The translations under genes were made by a program, and so were the position numbers. The notes below the pieces were generated by a model. It searched no databases. It was not told where the DNA came from and worked only from the letters and a program-made list of their open reading frames with translations. Positions 27,940 to 39,552 of a stretch of DNA of 64,000 nucleotides are shown piece after piece. Origin of the DNA: Aquificaceae bacterium (GTDB lineage: Bacteria; Aquificota; Aquificia; Aquificales; Aquificaceae); assembly GCA_037925075.1 (NCBI GenBank), contig JAXSNR010000001.1:512001-576000 (forward strand), in the 5' to 3' direction. Every line of letters starts with the position of its first letter. Position 1 is the first letter of the stretch.

Positions 27940-28813
27940 GTGTATGAAGCCCTTTTTCCATAGACAGCTTATGGACTGCCTTGACGGTGTGTATGCCTTC
28001 CACCGTCTGATTTAGCCTCTCAAGAGCCTCTTGGAGAGAAAGTCCCTGCCCAAGGAGATGGCCAAAGGTTCTGTTCCTTGATTGGGTGGAGCTGGCGGTA
28101 AGAAAGAGATCTCCCATGCCAGAAAGACCGTAAAAGGTTTCCCTTTTGGCACCAAGCGAAACACCAATTCTTACCATCTCCGCAAGACCACGAGTCATCA
28201 AAGAAGCCCTTGCGTTTTCGCCAAAGCCAAGCCCATCGGATATACCACAGGCTATGGCTATAACATTTTTCAAAGCCCCTCCAAGCTCAACGCCAACAAG
28301 GTCTGTGGAAAGGTAGACTCTGAAATTCTCAGAACTTATCCAGCTTCTTATCTTTTCCATCTCCTCAAGGTCCCCCCCCGCAAGCACAAGGGCGGTGGGT
28401 AAGCCCTTAGAGACCTCATTGGCAAAGGAAGGACCAGAGAGACAAAAAACCTTTACAGAGGGCTCAAGCTCAAGAAGGATCTCAGAAACCCTTTTTTCTG
28501 TGCCCACCTCAAGCCCTTTGGACGCTGAGATGAACCTTTTGCCTTTCAGAGAGCTACCACTTAGGACTTGTCTTATGACCTGAACTGGCAAAGCTACTAT
28601 CACATAATCTGAAAAGGCAAGGGCTTTGTTAAGGTCCTGCGTGGCATCTACACCTTTTAGCTTGACCCCGTCCATATAGGGATGCTTTCCCTCTTTTATA
28701 GTCCTGACAATGTCTTCTTTTCTATCAAAGACCATAAGGCTGTGCCCCAAGTTTCCTAAATGAAAGGCAAGGGCGGTGCCCCAACGACCTCCACCAAGAA
28801 CAGAAAAGTTCAT
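27833..28813 (-). CDS. gpsA: NAD(P)H-dependent glycerol-3-phosphate dehydrogenase
   Basis: GGGRWGTALA, SKGLE, LSGPSFA, GGALKNVIAI, GDL..T..S..SRN. Confidence 0.95.
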   Translation of the reverse strand: MNFSVLGGGRWGTALAFHLGNLGHSLMVFDRKEDIVRTIKEGKHPYMDGVKLKGVDATQDLNKALAFSDYVIVALPVQVIRQVLSGSSLKGKRFISASKGLEVGTEKRVSEILLELEPSVKVFCLSGPSFANEVSKGLPTALVLAGGDLEEMEKIRSWISSENFRVYLSTDLVGVELGGALKNVIAIACGISDGLGFGENARASLMTRGLAEMVRIGVSLGAKRETFYGLSGMGDLFLTASSTQSRNRTFGHLLGQGLSLQEALERLNQTVEGIHTVKAVHKLSMEKGLHTPISTAVYRVVVEGYPPRDVALELLKRPPQSFFETL

Positions 28814-28854
28814 AGGCTTAATTATACGACCTGTATGCTATACTATGATGTATA

Positions 28855-29559
28855 ATGCTTAGAGGGGATAAAATAGAAAAAGTATTTTACTGGGGCATAT
28901 CCATGCTCCTAAACCTTACAATGTTTACCCTCCTCTCCCTCTACCTTTCCGTCAGGGTTGAATTGGGGCTTCAGAAACCTCCTTTGCAGGTGTACGTGGA
29001 AGAATTGTCCCAGATAAGGGAGGTAAAATTAGCAGGCGGAAAGCAAGGCACCTCTCACAAACCTACAGTGGGAGAGGGCATTGTCAAAAAAGGAAAAGAT
29101 AAAGCTACCGCATCTCCTGTGGAGGTGCCAAGTAAGGAGGGAGACCTTCAGGTACCCGCAGGCAAGCCAATGGAGGAACCCTCTTTACTTGAAGAAATTG
29201 AGCAGAGGGTAAGAGGGAGAGAAAGGGTAGTAGAAAAGGAAGGTGTGAAGAATGCGGAGATTGGGAACATAACCGCAGTGGTCTCACCAGAAGGCGTGGG
29301 GTTTTCGGGTGGTGGAAGGGCAACGGTTTACACGCCACCCTTTCCAAAGATAAGCTCCGATGAGCCTCTTAGCCCTCTAAAGGTAAGGATATGGATAGAG
29401 CCCTCGGGTGTGGTCTCAAGGGTTCAGATAATCCAAAAGAGCGGTTCCGCACAGGTGGACCAAAAGATGGTGGAGTTTGTCAAGGGTATAAGGTTTGAGG
29501 CTATAAGGGAGAACACACTTCAGACGGGCATAATAACCTTTAGGTTTAAGGGAGGTTAA
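28855..29559 (+). CDS. TonB-family protein
   Basis: N-terminal TM anchor, low-complexity linker, C-terminal I.PSG.V..V.II.KSG...VD. Confidence 0.7.
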   Translation: MLRGDKIEKVFYWGISMLLNLTMFTLLSLYLSVRVELGLQKPPLQVYVEELSQIREVKLAGGKQGTSHKPTVGEGIVKKGKDKATASPVEVPSKEGDLQVPAGKPMEEPSLLEEIEQRVRGRERVVEKEGVKNAEIGNITAVVSPEGVGFSGGGRATVYTPPFPKISSDEPLSPLKVRIWIEPSGVVSRVQIIQKSGSAQVDQKMVEFVKGIRFEAIRENTLQTGIITFRFKGG

Positions 29560-29561
29560 GC

Positions 29562-30350
29562 ATGAGTATAGGAAAGCTGTTAAGGTTGGAAAGGCTTATC
29601 AACAGGGATACGGGTAAAACCATAATAGTACCAATGGACCACGGGGTAAGCTCCGGTCCTATGGAGGGGATTGAAAACATAAGAAGGGCTGTAGAGGATG
29701 TGGCGGAAGGTGGTGCCAATGCGGTTGTGCTTCACAAGGGCATGGTAAGGGCAGGGCACAGGGGCAGGGGTAGAGATATTGGGCTAATAGTTCACCTTTC
29801 TGCGTCCACCGACTGGGCACCCACAAAGAACGATAAGGTGCTCGTATGCACGGTAGAGGAAGCCATAAAACTCGGTGCGGATGGCGTATCCATCCATGTG
29901 AATGTGGGTGCGGACATGGAAAGAGAGATGCTAAGAGATTTTGGCTATGTTTCCAAGGTCTGCGAAGAGTGGGGCATGCCCCTTCTTGCCATGGTGTATG
30001 GAAGGGGTAAAGATATGAACCAGTATGAACCCAAGGTTGTAGCCCATTGTGCCAGACTGGGTGCAGAATTGGGGGCAGATATAGTAAAAGTACCTTACAC
30101 GGGAGACCCAGAGAGCTTTTCAAAGGTGGTGGAGGGCTGTCCCATACCAGTGGTAATAGCGGGTGGTCCAAAGATGAAAACGGAAAGGGAGGTGCTTGAG
30201 ATGGTTTATGGGGCTATAAGGGCGGGTGCCAAGGGTCTTTCTATCGGACGCAACGTATTTCAGGCTAAGAACAGGGTAGCTATGGTGAGGGCACTCAGCC
30301 TCATAGTGCATGAGGGTAAGGGAGTGGAGGAAGCTATTAAAATCTTGTAG
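29562..30350 (+). CDS. 2-amino-3,7-dideoxy-D-threo-hept-6-ulosonate synthase (AroA', DhnA-type class I aldolase)
   Basis: [43 protein letters not shown]; partner AroB' is in the window. Confidence 0.8.
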   Translation: MSIGKLLRLERLINRDTGKTIIVPMDHGVSSGPMEGIENIRRAVEDVAEGGANAVVLHKGMVRAGHRGRGRDIGLIVHLSASTDWAPTKNDKVLVCTVEEAIKLGADGVSIHVNVGADMEREMLRDFGYVSKVCEEWGMPLLAMVYGRGKDMNQYEPKVVAHCARLGAELGADIVKVPYTGDPESFSKVVEGCPIPVVIAGGPKMKTEREVLEMVYGAIRAGAKGLSIGRNVFQAKNRVAMVRALSLIVHEGKGVEEAIKIL

Positions 30351-30360
30351 GAGGCAAAGG

Positions 30361-31179
30361 ATGGGTCTTCTTGAGGGGAAAAGGGCCCTTATAACGGGCA
30401 TAGCCAACGAAAGGAGCATAGCCTACGGCATAGCAAAGGCCTTTCACAGAGAAGGTGCGGAGCTTGCCCTTACCTATGCAAACGAGAAGCTAAAAAAGAG
30501 AGTGGAGGAGGTAGCCAAGGAGTTGGGTTCTGAGCTTGTCTTTGAATGCGATGTTTCAAAGGACGAGGACATATCTGCACTTAGGGAAGAGCTTTCTAAG
30601 GCGTGGGGAAGCCTTGATATAGTGGTTCATTCCATAGCCTACGCTCCAAAGGAGGAGTTCAAGGGAGGTGTTATAGACACTTCAAGGGAGGGCTTTAAGA
30701 TCGCCATGGACATATCTGTTTATTCTCTGATAGCACTAACAAGAGAGCTACTTCCCTTGATGGAGGGTAGAGAAGGTTCAATAATAACCCTTTCCTACTA
30801 CGGTGCGGAAAAGGTGGTACCTCACTACAATGTGATGGGGATTGCCAAGTCAGCCCTTGAGTGTACCGTAAGATACCTTGCCTATGACATAGCCAAGCAT
30901 GGACATAGGATAAACGCCATATCCGCCGGACCCATAAAAACCTTGGCTGCCTATAGCATAACTGGCTTTCACCTTCTCATGGAACACACCATAAAGGTAA
31001 ACCCCTTCGGAAGGGCTATAACCATAGAAGATGTGGGTGATACTGCGGTGTTTTTGTGTAGCCATTGGGCGAGGGGTATAACGGGCGAGGTGGTTCATGT
31101 GGACAACGGCTACCACATAATGGGTGTTTTTGGAAGGGAAGAGGAGATAAAGAGGGAGGTTTTTGGAGAAGACAAGTAA
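30361..31179 (+). CDS. fabI: Enoyl-ACP reductase
   Basis: GIANERSIAYGIA, HSIAYAP, YNVMGIAK, ISAGPIKTLA; GGAGG RBS before 30361. Confidence 0.95.
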   Translation: MGLLEGKRALITGIANERSIAYGIAKAFHREGAELALTYANEKLKKRVEEVAKELGSELVFECDVSKDEDISALREELSKAWGSLDIVVHSIAYAPKEEFKGGVIDTSREGFKIAMDISVYSLIALTRELLPLMEGREGSIITLSYYGAEKVVPHYNVMGIAKSALECTVRYLAYDIAKHGHRINAISAGPIKTLAAYSITGFHLLMEHTIKVNPFGRAITIEDVGDTAVFLCSHWARGITGEVVHVDNGYHIMGVFGREEEIKREVFGEDK

Positions 31180-33392
31180 TGAAAACTTATGAGCTGTACG
31201 GTCTTAAGGAAGAAGGATACGAAAGAATAGTCCGTAAGCTTGGCCGCGAGCCAAACTTCATAGAATTGGGCATTTTGGGAGCCCTCTGGTCTGAACACTG
31301 CTCCTATAAGTCCTCAAGGGTGCATCTTAAGAAATTCCCTACCAGTGCAGGCTGGGTTGTGCAAGGTCCGGGTGAAAACGCAGGCGTGGTGGAACTTGAC
31401 AGCAAGGTGTGGCTTGCCTTTAAGATAGAAAGCCACAACCACCCCTCTTACATAGAGCCCTTTCATGGTGCCGCCACAGGCGTGGGAGGAATAATAAGAG
31501 ATGTACTCTCCATGGGTGCAAGGCCCATAGCTATCGTGGATTCTCTGAGGTTTGGGCTTCCCTTGGATAGGAGGATATTAAAGGGTGTAGTTCGTGGCAT
31601 ATCCCACTACGGCAACTGCGTGGGCATTCCTACGGTGGCTGGAGAGACTTACTTTGAAGAGTGCTACAAAACAAACCCTCTTGTGAACGCCTTCTGTCTT
31701 GGGATACTGCCTGCGGGCAGGATGCTTAGGGCAAGAGGAAAGCCCGGGGACCTTCTTTTCCTTCTTGGCTCTTCCACCGGAAGGGATGGCATACACGGTG
31801 CGGTTATGGCTTCTGCGGAGTTTGGCGAAGGTACAGAGGAAAAGCTTCCCAATGTTCAGATAGGAGACCCGTACTTTGGCAAAAAGCTCATAGAGGCAGT
31901 TCTTCAGGCGTTGGAGGAGGGACTAATAGTTGGTCTTCAGGACCTTGGTGCTGCGGGGCTTTCGGGTGCCTCTTCGGAGCTTGCGAGCAAGTCCAAATGT
32001 GGCGTTGACCTGTGGCTTGAAAGTACCCCTCTAAGAGAAGAAGGCATGAAACCCTTTGAAATACTCCTCTCCGAAAGCCAAGAGAGGATGATACTTGTAA
32101 CACAAGAAGATAAGGTATCAAGGCTTATGGACCTTGCCAAATACTACCATCTTGAAGGTGCGGTGGTAGGAAGGCTTACAGAGAGCGGGCTTTTTAGGGC
32201 TTATTACGAAGGTCAAGTGGTGGCGGAGCTTCCCGTAAGCCTCATAGTGGAAGAGGCCCCCGTCTATGAAAAACCCTATTCAGAACCCGCCTACATAAAA
32301 ACAGTTTGGAGTTTTAATCAGAGAAGCCTCCCAGAAGTAAACTTGGAAGAAGCCATACTCAAAGTTTTAACTTCTCCAAACGTAGCCTCCAAAGAGTGGA
32401 TATACAGCCAGTATGACTATCAGGTGGGCACAAACACCCTTTTAAAACCCGGCGGGGATGCGTCAGTTCTAAGGGTCAAGTGGGTCAAAAAGCCAGAGCT
32501 AAGGAGCGAAAGATTTATAGCAATCACCGCAGAAGGTAATTCAAGGATGTTTTTCCTTGACCCCTACGAAGGTGGCAAGTATGCGGTCGCGGAAGCCTTG
32601 AGAAACCTTGCATGCGTTGGTGCAAAACCTCTGGGAATAACCGACTGCCTAAACTTTGGAAATCCAGACAGGCCGGAAATCATGTGGCAGTTGGTGAGGG
32701 CTATAGAGGGCATATCGGACGCTTGCAGGTTCTTTGAGGTACCCGTGGTAAGCGGGAACGTTTCCCTATACAACGAGACTGTGGAAAAAGAAGAGATAAG
32801 AAACGTATACCCAACACCCATATTGGTGGCGGTGGGCTATTTAGAGTCTGGAAGGTTTATTGACCACAGCTTTAAAGAGGAGGGAGATGTTATCTTTCTG
32901 GTGGGGGACATAAGGAGGGAGTTTTCCCTTGCGGGCAGTGAGTACCTAAGGGTGGTGCATGGGAAAGTGGCAGGCAGGACTCCTTATGTGGACCTTGAAA
33001 AGGAAAAGAAGCTACATACCCTTCTTATAGAGCTCGTAGGGAAAGGGCTTCTCAGGTCCGCCCACGATGTGTCTGTGGGAGGGCTTGTGATAACTCTTTT
33101 TGAGAGTGTCTTTGGCACAGGTTTGGGAGTTGATATAAACCTTTACATGGAAAACAGGCTTGACCAGTTTCTCTTTTCAGAAAACCCTACCTTGGTGGTG
33201 GTGAGCTTGAGAAAAGAAGATGCGGAAGCCTTTAAGGACCTTGTGGAAGAACAAGGCCTTGACTGGCTATTTTTGGGAAGGGTAAAGGAGGAACAGTTTT
33301 TTACCCTGACCAACAACGACGAAAAAATCCTTGAGCTTCCTGTGAGGTCTATTGAAAAGTTATGGAAAGAAGCCTTAAAAGACCTGTTTTAG
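31179..33392 (+). CDS. purL: Phosphoribosylformylglycinamidine synthase subunit PurL
   Basis: WSEHCSYKSS, ESHNHPS, GAATGVGG, SESQERM, CLNFGNP, SAHD. Confidence 0.97.
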   Translation: MKTYELYGLKEEGYERIVRKLGREPNFIELGILGALWSEHCSYKSSRVHLKKFPTSAGWVVQGPGENAGVVELDSKVWLAFKIESHNHPSYIEPFHGAATGVGGIIRDVLSMGARPIAIVDSLRFGLPLDRRILKGVVRGISHYGNCVGIPTVAGETYFEECYKTNPLVNAFCLGILPAGRMLRARGKPGDLLFLLGSSTGRDGIHGAVMASAEFGEGTEEKLPNVQIGDPYFGKKLIEAVLQALEEGLIVGLQDLGAAGLSGASSELASKSKCGVDLWLESTPLREEGMKPFEILLSESQERMILVTQEDKVSRLMDLAKYYHLEGAVVGRLTESGLFRAYYEGQVVAELPVSLIVEEAPVYEKPYSEPAYIKTVWSFNQRSLPEVNLEEAILKVLTSPNVASKEWIYSQYDYQVGTNTLLKPGGDASVLRVKWVKKPELRSERFIAITAEGNSRMFFLDPYEGGKYAVAEALRNLACVGAKPLGITDCLNFGNPDRPEIMWQLVRAIEGISDACRFFEVPVVSGNVSLYNETVEKEEIRNVYPTPILVAVGYLESGRFIDHSFKEEGDVIFLVGDIRREFSLAGSEYLRVVHGKVAGRTPYVDLEKEKKLHTLLIELVGKGLLRSAHDVSVGGLVITLFESVFGTGLGVDINLYMENRLDQFLFSENPTLVVVSLRKEDAEAFKDLVEEQGLDWLFLGRVKEEQFFTLTNNDEKILELPVRSIEKLWKEALKDLF

Positions 33393-33838
33393 TATATTGG
33401 ATCAGTACCCTTTTGGTCTTGTTTCTTGACCTTATTACCAAGGAGCTTGCGGAAGCCTATCTTAAGGACAGGGACATAAGCCTTTTACCTTTCCTTCACC
33501 TTGTACTGGTTTACAACAAGGGCGTCGCCTTTGGCCTTTTTGCCAACGCTCCAGATTTTTTAAGACTTCCCCTTCTTTTTATAACCCCGCTGGTCGCCCT
33601 TGTTATAACTTTTCTGTATGCCATAAGGGTAAAAGGTGTGCTTGTTCCCATACTTATGGGTATGGTGGGTGGAGGAGCCCTTGGAAACCTTTATGACAGG
33701 GCTTTACTTGGACAAGTAAGAGACTTTGTGTACCTTTCTTACGGAGGGCTTTCTTGGCCAGCCTTTAACCTTGCGGATGCCAGTGTAAGCGTAGCCATAG
33801 TGCTTCTTTTCCTAAGAGAGGCCTTAAAAAAATGGTAG
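33362..33838 (+). CDS. lspA: Signal peptidase II
   Basis: DLITK, NKGVAFG, GGALGNLYDR, VRDF, FNLAD. Confidence 0.95.
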   Translation: MERSLKRPVLVYWISTLLVLFLDLITKELAEAYLKDRDISLLPFLHLVLVYNKGVAFGLFANAPDFLRLPLLFITPLVALVITFLYAIRVKGVLVPILMGMVGGGALGNLYDRALLGQVRDFVYLSYGGLSWPAFNLADASVSVAIVLLFLREALKKW

Positions 33839-33871
33839 CAAAGGCTAAAAATTTTGTTATATTCTATCCCT

Positions 33872-34141
33872 ATGGTGGAGAAAATAGCTCATCTTGCCAG
33901 ACTAAGGCTTACAGAGGAGGAAAAGGAATACTTTGATAAACAACTCAAAAGCATACTGCACTTTGTGGAACAACTGCAGGAGGTTGACACTTCAAAGGTA
34001 GAAGCCTTTACTTCCCCCTTTGAGGAAACACCCATGAGAGAGGATGAGCCCGTAAAAGCTTTTGAGCCCCAGTTGGTCTTGCAGAAGGCTCCAAAGGCAG
34101 AGGGAAGCTTTTTTGTGGTGCCAAGAGTGGTAGAATATTAA
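33872..34141 (+). CDS. gatC: Asp/Glu-tRNA amidotransferase subunit C
   Basis: KIAHLARL, REDEP, FFVVPRVVE. Confidence 0.9.
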   Translation: MVEKIAHLARLRLTEEEKEYFDKQLKSILHFVEQLQEVDTSKVEAFTSPFEETPMREDEPVKAFEPQLVLQKAPKAEGSFFVVPRVVEY

Positions 34142-34153
34142 GAGGAGAGGCGT

Positions 34154-35176
34154 ATGATAGAAGAGGTACAAAAGGAAGCTCTTGAGAAGAGGAAGGCGTT
34201 AGAAAACGCCATGGTAAGCATAGAGAGGCGTTTTGGTAAGGGTTCCATAATGCCTCTCAAGAAGGCGGAAAAGGTAAAGGTGGATGTGATACCCACGGGC
34301 TCCATAGCCCTTGATATAGCCACTGGTATAGGGGGAATTCCAAAGGGAAGGGTTATAGAAATCTTCGGTCCTGAATCCTCTGGCAAGACAACGCTTGCTT
34401 TACATATAATAGCGGAAGCCCAAAAAAAAGGAGGGATAGCGGTTTTTATAGACGCGGAGCATGCCCTTGACCCCAAGTATGCAGAGAAGATAGGAGTTGA
34501 CACGGAAAACCTTTACATATCTCAACCAGACTACGGAGAGCAAGCTCTTGAAATAGCGGAAAGCCTTATAGCAAGCAATGCGGTTGATGTTATAGTGGTA
34601 GACTCGGTGGCCGCTTTGGTACCCAAAGATGAATTAGAGGGTGAAATAGGAGAAGCCCATGTGGGAAAACAGGCACGACTCATGTCCCAAGCCCTAAGAA
34701 AGTTAAAGGGTATGGCTCACAAGGCAAACACCGCCATAATCTTCATAAACCAGCTAAGAGAGAAGATAGGGGTTATGTTTGGAAACCCGGAAACCACGCC
34801 CGGCGGTAGGGCCCTAAAGTTCTTTGCGGACATGAGGCTTGATGTAAGACGTGTAGGAGAAGTTAAAGATGGAGGAGAGAAGACCGGCAACAGGGTAAGG
34901 GTAAAGGTGGTAAAAAACAAGCTTGCTCCACCCTTCCAAGAGGCGGAGTTTGATGTGCTTTATGGAGAAGGCATATGTAAGCTTTGCGACCTTATAGACG
35001 TGGCAAGCGAGCTAAAGGTGATAAACAAAAGCGGTGCGTGGTACAGCTATGGCGATATAAGGCTTGGGCAAGGTAAAGAACAGGCAAAGAAGTTTCTTAT
35101 GGAAAACCCTGAAATTGCTCAAGAGATAGAGAAAAAGGTAAGGGAGGTCGCAGGACTTGCTACAGCTGATACTTAA
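34154..35176 (+). CDS. recA: Recombinase A
   Basis: [38 protein letters not shown]; no intein. Confidence 0.98.
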   Translation: MIEEVQKEALEKRKALENAMVSIERRFGKGSIMPLKKAEKVKVDVIPTGSIALDIATGIGGIPKGRVIEIFGPESSGKTTLALHIIAEAQKKGGIAVFIDAEHALDPKYAEKIGVDTENLYISQPDYGEQALEIAESLIASNAVDVIVVDSVAALVPKDELEGEIGEAHVGKQARLMSQALRKLKGMAHKANTAIIFINQLREKIGVMFGNPETTPGGRALKFFADMRLDVRRVGEVKDGGEKTGNRVRVKVVKNKLAPPFQEAEFDVLYGEGICKLCDLIDVASELKVINKSGAWYSYGDIRLGQGKEQAKKFLMENPEIAQEIEKKVREVAGLATADT

Positions 35177-36254
35177 AAAGGCAATAGAGCTTGGTGCTTC
35201 AGACATACACATAAAAACAGGTTCCGTGCCAATAGTAAGAGTTAAAAAGAAACTCCAAAGACTTGAGGACTTTCCTGTGCTGGATGAAAAGGTGATGGAG
35301 CTTATAGTCAGAGAGGTGTTGGAGAAGAACCGTAAAAAGATGGCAGAATTTGAAGAGTATGGAGAGACAGATACCTCTTACTCTCTTCCTGGTGTATCTC
35401 GCTTCCGTGTTAATGTCTACAAACAAAGAACAGCCGTAGGCCTTGCCTTTAGAACTGTTCCTTATAAAGTGCCCTCCTTTGAAAGCTTGAACCTCCCTGA
35501 GGTCATGAAAAGAGTGGTGCTTGAACATACCAAGGGCCTTATCCTTGTTACAGGACCAACGGGCTCCGGCAAGTCCACAACTCTTGCTTCGCTCATAGAA
35601 ATCATAAACTCCACAAGGGACGATGTGATAGTCACAATAGAAGACCCTATAGAGTACCTTTTTAAGGATAATAGAGCCTACATAGTTCAGAGGGAAGTTG
35701 GTATAGATACCTCTTCCTTTGCAAGAGGCCTGAGGGCAGCATTAAGAGAGGACCCAGATGTGATAATGGTGGGTGAAATAAGAGACCCAGAAACCGCTCA
35801 GATAGCCTTGCAAGCTGCGGAAACAGGCCACTTAGTTATGTCCACCTTGCACACCCTTGACGCAAAGGAGACCATAAACAGGGTAATAGGTATGTTTAGC
35901 CTTGAGGTCCGAGAGCAGATAAGAATACAGCTTGCGGAAACATTGGTTGCCATATTTTCTCAGAGACTGCTTCCAAGGGCGGACGGTAAGGGGATAGTGC
36001 CCGCGGTGGAAGTGCTTTTGAACACCGCCTCCATAAGGGAGGCAATTGTAGACACTACCAAGTTTGATGATATACCTCTTTTAATTGAAAAGGGGAGGTC
36101 CGTCTACGGAACACAGCTCTTTGACCAACATCTTGAAGAGCTTTACAGAAAGGGCCTTATTGACTACAACACCACACTCAGGTATGCCAGCAGACCAACA
36201 GACTTAGAGCTTAGGCTTAAAGGTATAGCTTCTGGAGGTAGAGGCTTTATCTAA
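35157..36254 (+). CDS. Type IV pilus retraction ATPase (PilT/PilU family)
   Basis: [39 protein letters not shown]. Confidence 0.9.
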   Translation: MLQLILKKAIELGASDIHIKTGSVPIVRVKKKLQRLEDFPVLDEKVMELIVREVLEKNRKKMAEFEEYGETDTSYSLPGVSRFRVNVYKQRTAVGLAFRTVPYKVPSFESLNLPEVMKRVVLEHTKGLILVTGPTGSGKSTTLASLIEIINSTRDDVIVTIEDPIEYLFKDNRAYIVQREVGIDTSSFARGLRAALREDPDVIMVGEIRDPETAQIALQAAETGHLVMSTLHTLDAKETINRVIGMFSLEVREQIRIQLAETLVAIFSQRLLPRADGKGIVPAVEVLLNTASIREAIVDTTKFDDIPLLIEKGRSVYGTQLFDQHLEELYRKGLIDYNTTLRYASRPTDLELRLKGIASGGRGFI

Positions 36255-36895
36255 TGAAGATAGCCATAGATGGTCCTGCGGGAAGTGGAAAAAGCACAGT
36301 AGCCCGTCAAGTTTCCAAAAGGCTCAACATACCCTACCTAAACACAGGGCTTGTTTACAGAGCCTTTGCCTATATGTACAAAGAAGAGAAACCAGAGGAT
36401 CCCTTAAGGCTTTTTGAAAACCCGCCAGAGGTGAAACTGCTACCCGGGGAAACGAGGGTTTTTTACAAAGGAAGGGACATAAGCCAGCTTCTTACATCGG
36501 AAGAAATAGGAGGCGTTGCTTCTCAAATAGCAAGCTTGCCAGCCTTTAGGGAGAGGATAAATCTCTTTTTTAGGGCTTTGGTGGGTGATGGGCAGGTGGT
36601 CGCAGAAGGCAGAGATGTGGGAACTCACATATTTCCAGACGCTCCCGTGAAGATATTCCTGACCGCCTCTGCAGAGGAGAGGGCAAGAAGAAGGTGTGCT
36701 CAGCTTATGTCAGAAGGCATATCCGCCAACTACGAGGAGGTACTCAAAGCCATATTAGAAAGGGACGAAAGGGACAAAAACAGGCCCCTTTATCCCTTTA
36801 GACCTGCGGAGGATGCCATAGTGATAGATACCACAAGCCTAAAGCCTGAAGAGGTGGTGGAAAAAATCCTAAGCCTTTTAAAAGAAAGGGTATAA
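36254..36895 (+). CDS. cmk: Cytidylate kinase
   Basis: IAIDGPAGSGKST, EGRDVGT..FPDA, RDERD. Confidence 0.93.
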   Translation: MKIAIDGPAGSGKSTVARQVSKRLNIPYLNTGLVYRAFAYMYKEEKPEDPLRLFENPPEVKLLPGETRVFYKGRDISQLLTSEEIGGVASQIASLPAFRERINLFFRALVGDGQVVAEGRDVGTHIFPDAPVKIFLTASAEERARRRCAQLMSEGISANYEEVLKAILERDERDKNRPLYPFRPAEDAIVIDTTSLKPEEVVEKILSLLKERV

Positions 36896-36902
36896 TTTTC
36901 CT

Positions 36903-37901
36903 ATGAAAGACTTCTGGTTCTGGGTAGAAGATTACGACAAAAAGCTTATTACCACAGCCCTTGAATCGGGTGCAAGCGTTATACTCCTTTCTGACCCCTC
37001 CAAGGTGCAAGAGGTAAAGGCTCTTGGAAGGGTGCTTGTGGCTTCAAAGGATGGTGGCGACCTAAAGGAAGGACAAGACTATGTGTATGTGCTCATAAAG
37101 GGTAAAGAGGACGAAGAAAAAGCGGGTAGATACCCACCTCACATAAAGGTCATCGTGGAAACCACCGACTGGACCATCATACCCCTTGAAAACCTAATAG
37201 CCCAAAGGGAAGAGCTTTATGCGGTGGTGAAAAACGAAGAAGAAGCAAGACTTGCCATTAGGGTATTAGAGAAGGGAGTAAAGGGTATAGTTTTGAAGAC
37301 AAGGGACATAAACACCATAAAAAGGGTGGGAAAGGTGCTTGAGGAGGAGGAAGAAAGGCTTCCGCTCGTGGTGGTCAAAATAACCAAAATACTACCCCTT
37401 GGGCTTGGTGATAGAGTATGCGTAGATACCACATCCATGCTAAAAAGAGGCGAGGGCATGCTTGTGGGAAACTCCTCGGGTGGTATGTTTTTGGTGCATG
37501 CGGAAACGGAGGAAAACCCCTATGTGGCATCAAGGCCCTTTAGAGTTAATGCGGGTGCGGTGCATATGTACATAAGGGTACCAGAAAACAAAACCAAGTA
37601 TCTGTGCGAGCTTTCCGCGGGAGACCCTGTTATGGTCTATGACCATCAAGGAAGGGGAAGGCTTGTGTATGTGGGCAGGGCAAAGGTGGAAAGAAGGCCT
37701 ATGCTCTTGGTGGAAGGAAAGTATGAAAACAAAAAGGTAAGTGCCGTACTTCAGAACGCTGAGACCATAAGGCTTACCAAGCCAGATGGAACTCCCATCT
37801 CTGTAGCAGACCTAAAAGAAGGGGACGAAGTTTTAGGCTATGTGGAAGAGGCAGGTAGGCACTTTGGCATGAAGGTGGAGGAGACCATAACGGAGAAGTG
37901 A
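36903..37901 (+). CDS. 3-dehydroquinate synthase II (AroB')
   Basis: [48 protein letters not shown]. Confidence 0.92.
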   Translation: MKDFWFWVEDYDKKLITTALESGASVILLSDPSKVQEVKALGRVLVASKDGGDLKEGQDYVYVLIKGKEDEEKAGRYPPHIKVIVETTDWTIIPLENLIAQREELYAVVKNEEEARLAIRVLEKGVKGIVLKTRDINTIKRVGKVLEEEEERLPLVVVKITKILPLGLGDRVCVDTTSMLKRGEGMLVGNSSGGMFLVHAETEENPYVASRPFRVNAGAVHMYIRVPENKTKYLCELSAGDPVMVYDHQGRGRLVYVGRAKVERRPMLLVEGKYENKKVSAVLQNAETIRLTKPDGTPISVADLKEGDEVLGYVEEAGRHFGMKVEETITEK

Positions 37902-39295
37902 TATTAAAAGAAGTCCTCTCTTTGGCAAAGGGCATAACCTCAAACTCAAAGGAAGTTCAGCAAGGCTACATCTTTGTTGCCATAGAAGGCACTCAGCTTG
38001 ATGGTCACCAGTTTGTGGAAGAAGCTTTACAAAGGGGTGCAAGCTATGTGCTTGTGGAGAAGGAGCTAAAAAACGCAGACCCACGCATAATAAAAGTGGA
38101 GGACACAAAAAAGGCCCTTGGTGAGCTTGCAAACCTCTTTTACGGCGAGCCCTCAAAGGGCCTTAAGGTAATAGGTATCACAGGCACCAACGGAAAAACC
38201 ACAAGCACCCACATAGTAGAATCCATACTAAACAAAGCGGGAATAAAGACAGGTCTTATAGGTACCATATACTACAGGCTTGGAGAGCGGATTTACGAGT
38301 ACGAGGGGAGGACTACACCGGACCCAATAAAGTGGCACTCTACCTTAAAGGCTATGAAGGAAGAGGGGGCAAAGGCGGTGGTTTGTGAGGTTTCTTCTCA
38401 TGCCTTGGAGCAAAAAAGGGTCTGGGGCACACGCTTTTATGCGGTAGCCTTTACAAACCTAAGCCAAGACCACCTTGACTACCATAAAACCATGGAAAAC
38501 TACTTCCTTGCCAAGGCATCACTCTTTACCCACTACGAATATGAACATGCTCTAATAAACGCGGACGACCCTTGGGGCAAAAGGCTCATTGGTATGGCAA
38601 AAGGTGTAAAGACCTACGGAATGGAAGGGGACTTAAAGATTCTGGACTTTTCCACAGACTTTGAGGGCTCAAGGCTTAAGGTGGAGTACGAAGGAAAAAC
38701 TTACCGCTTTTTCTCCAACCTAAGGGGAAGCTTTCAGGCTTACAACCTATCCCTTGGCATACTTTTGTGCTTCCTTTGGGGGCTTAAAGAGGAGACAATC
38801 CAAGCTGGTATAAGGCAAGTGCAAGTCCCGGGTAGGTTTGAAACCTACAAGGGCAACGGCTTTGTGGTGGTAATAGATTACGCCCACACGCCCGACGCTT
38901 TGGAGAAGGTGCTAAGGACAGCAAAAGGTCTTTCCAAAAATAGGTTAATCGCGGTTTTTGGTGCTGGTGGCAACAGGGACAGAAAAAAGAGGCCTCTTAT
39001 GGGAAAGGTTGCACAGGAGATTGCGGACTTGGTGGTGCTTACCTCCGACAATCCAAGGTTTGAGGAGCCAGAAGCCATAATACAGGACATACTGGAAGGT
39101 GTGCAGGAAAAAAGCAAGGTACTTGTAGAGCCAGACAGGAGAAAAGCCATTGAGCTTGCCATAAGCATGGCACAGGAGGGGGACGTTGTTGTGATAGCGG
39201 GCAAGGGACACGAAGACTATCAGGAAATAAAGGGTGTAAAATATCCCTTTAAAGACTCAGAAGTGGTCAAGGAGGTCCTAAGTGTGCGACTTTGA
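37898..39295 (+). CDS. murE: UDP-MurNAc-tripeptide synthetase
   Basis: TGTNGKTT, EVSSH, DHLDYH, DYAHTPD, DNPR, GKGHE. Confidence 0.96.
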   Translation: MILKEVLSLAKGITSNSKEVQQGYIFVAIEGTQLDGHQFVEEALQRGASYVLVEKELKNADPRIIKVEDTKKALGELANLFYGEPSKGLKVIGITGTNGKTTSTHIVESILNKAGIKTGLIGTIYYRLGERIYEYEGRTTPDPIKWHSTLKAMKEEGAKAVVCEVSSHALEQKRVWGTRFYAVAFTNLSQDHLDYHKTMENYFLAKASLFTHYEYEHALINADDPWGKRLIGMAKGVKTYGMEGDLKILDFSTDFEGSRLKVEYEGKTYRFFSNLRGSFQAYNLSLGILLCFLWGLKEETIQAGIRQVQVPGRFETYKGNGFVVVIDYAHTPDALEKVLRTAKGLSKNRLIAVFGAGGNRDRKKRPLMGKVAQEIADLVVLTSDNPRFEEPEAIIQDILEGVQEKSKVLVEPDRRKAIELAISMAQEGDVVVIAGKGHEDYQEIKGVKYPFKDSEVVKEVLSVRL

Positions 39296-39542
39296 AACTC
39301 TTCATTACAGCCTCAAGGAAGAGCTACTTAACCTTTTTAAAGAAGCGGACACACCACAGCCAAGGGTGAAGATAACAAGCCTAAAGAGCGGTAAGGTATG
39401 CGGTCTTGCCAATTTGGCAAAGCTTATCCTTTACTTTGAAAGGGAGGGCTATGTGGTGGTGCTAAACAAGGAAGAGGACTACAGGGAATGGGAGATACAG
39501 ATAGAAGCGGGCATACTTGACCTTATTCTTGGATACGGATAA
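39282..39542 (+). CDS. Hypothetical protein
   Basis: GTG start with GGAGG RBS, overlaps the murE stop. Confidence 0.65.
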   Translation: MCDFETLHYSLKEELLNLFKEADTPQPRVKITSLKSGKVCGLANLAKLILYFEREGYVVVLNKEEDYREWEIQIEAGILDLILGYG

Positions 39543-39552
39543 AATTTGAACC

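Noticed and set aside
34154..35176. Inteins or introns in recA (also checked rtcB and polA)
   Set aside because: Lengths and motif spacing are normal; no insertions
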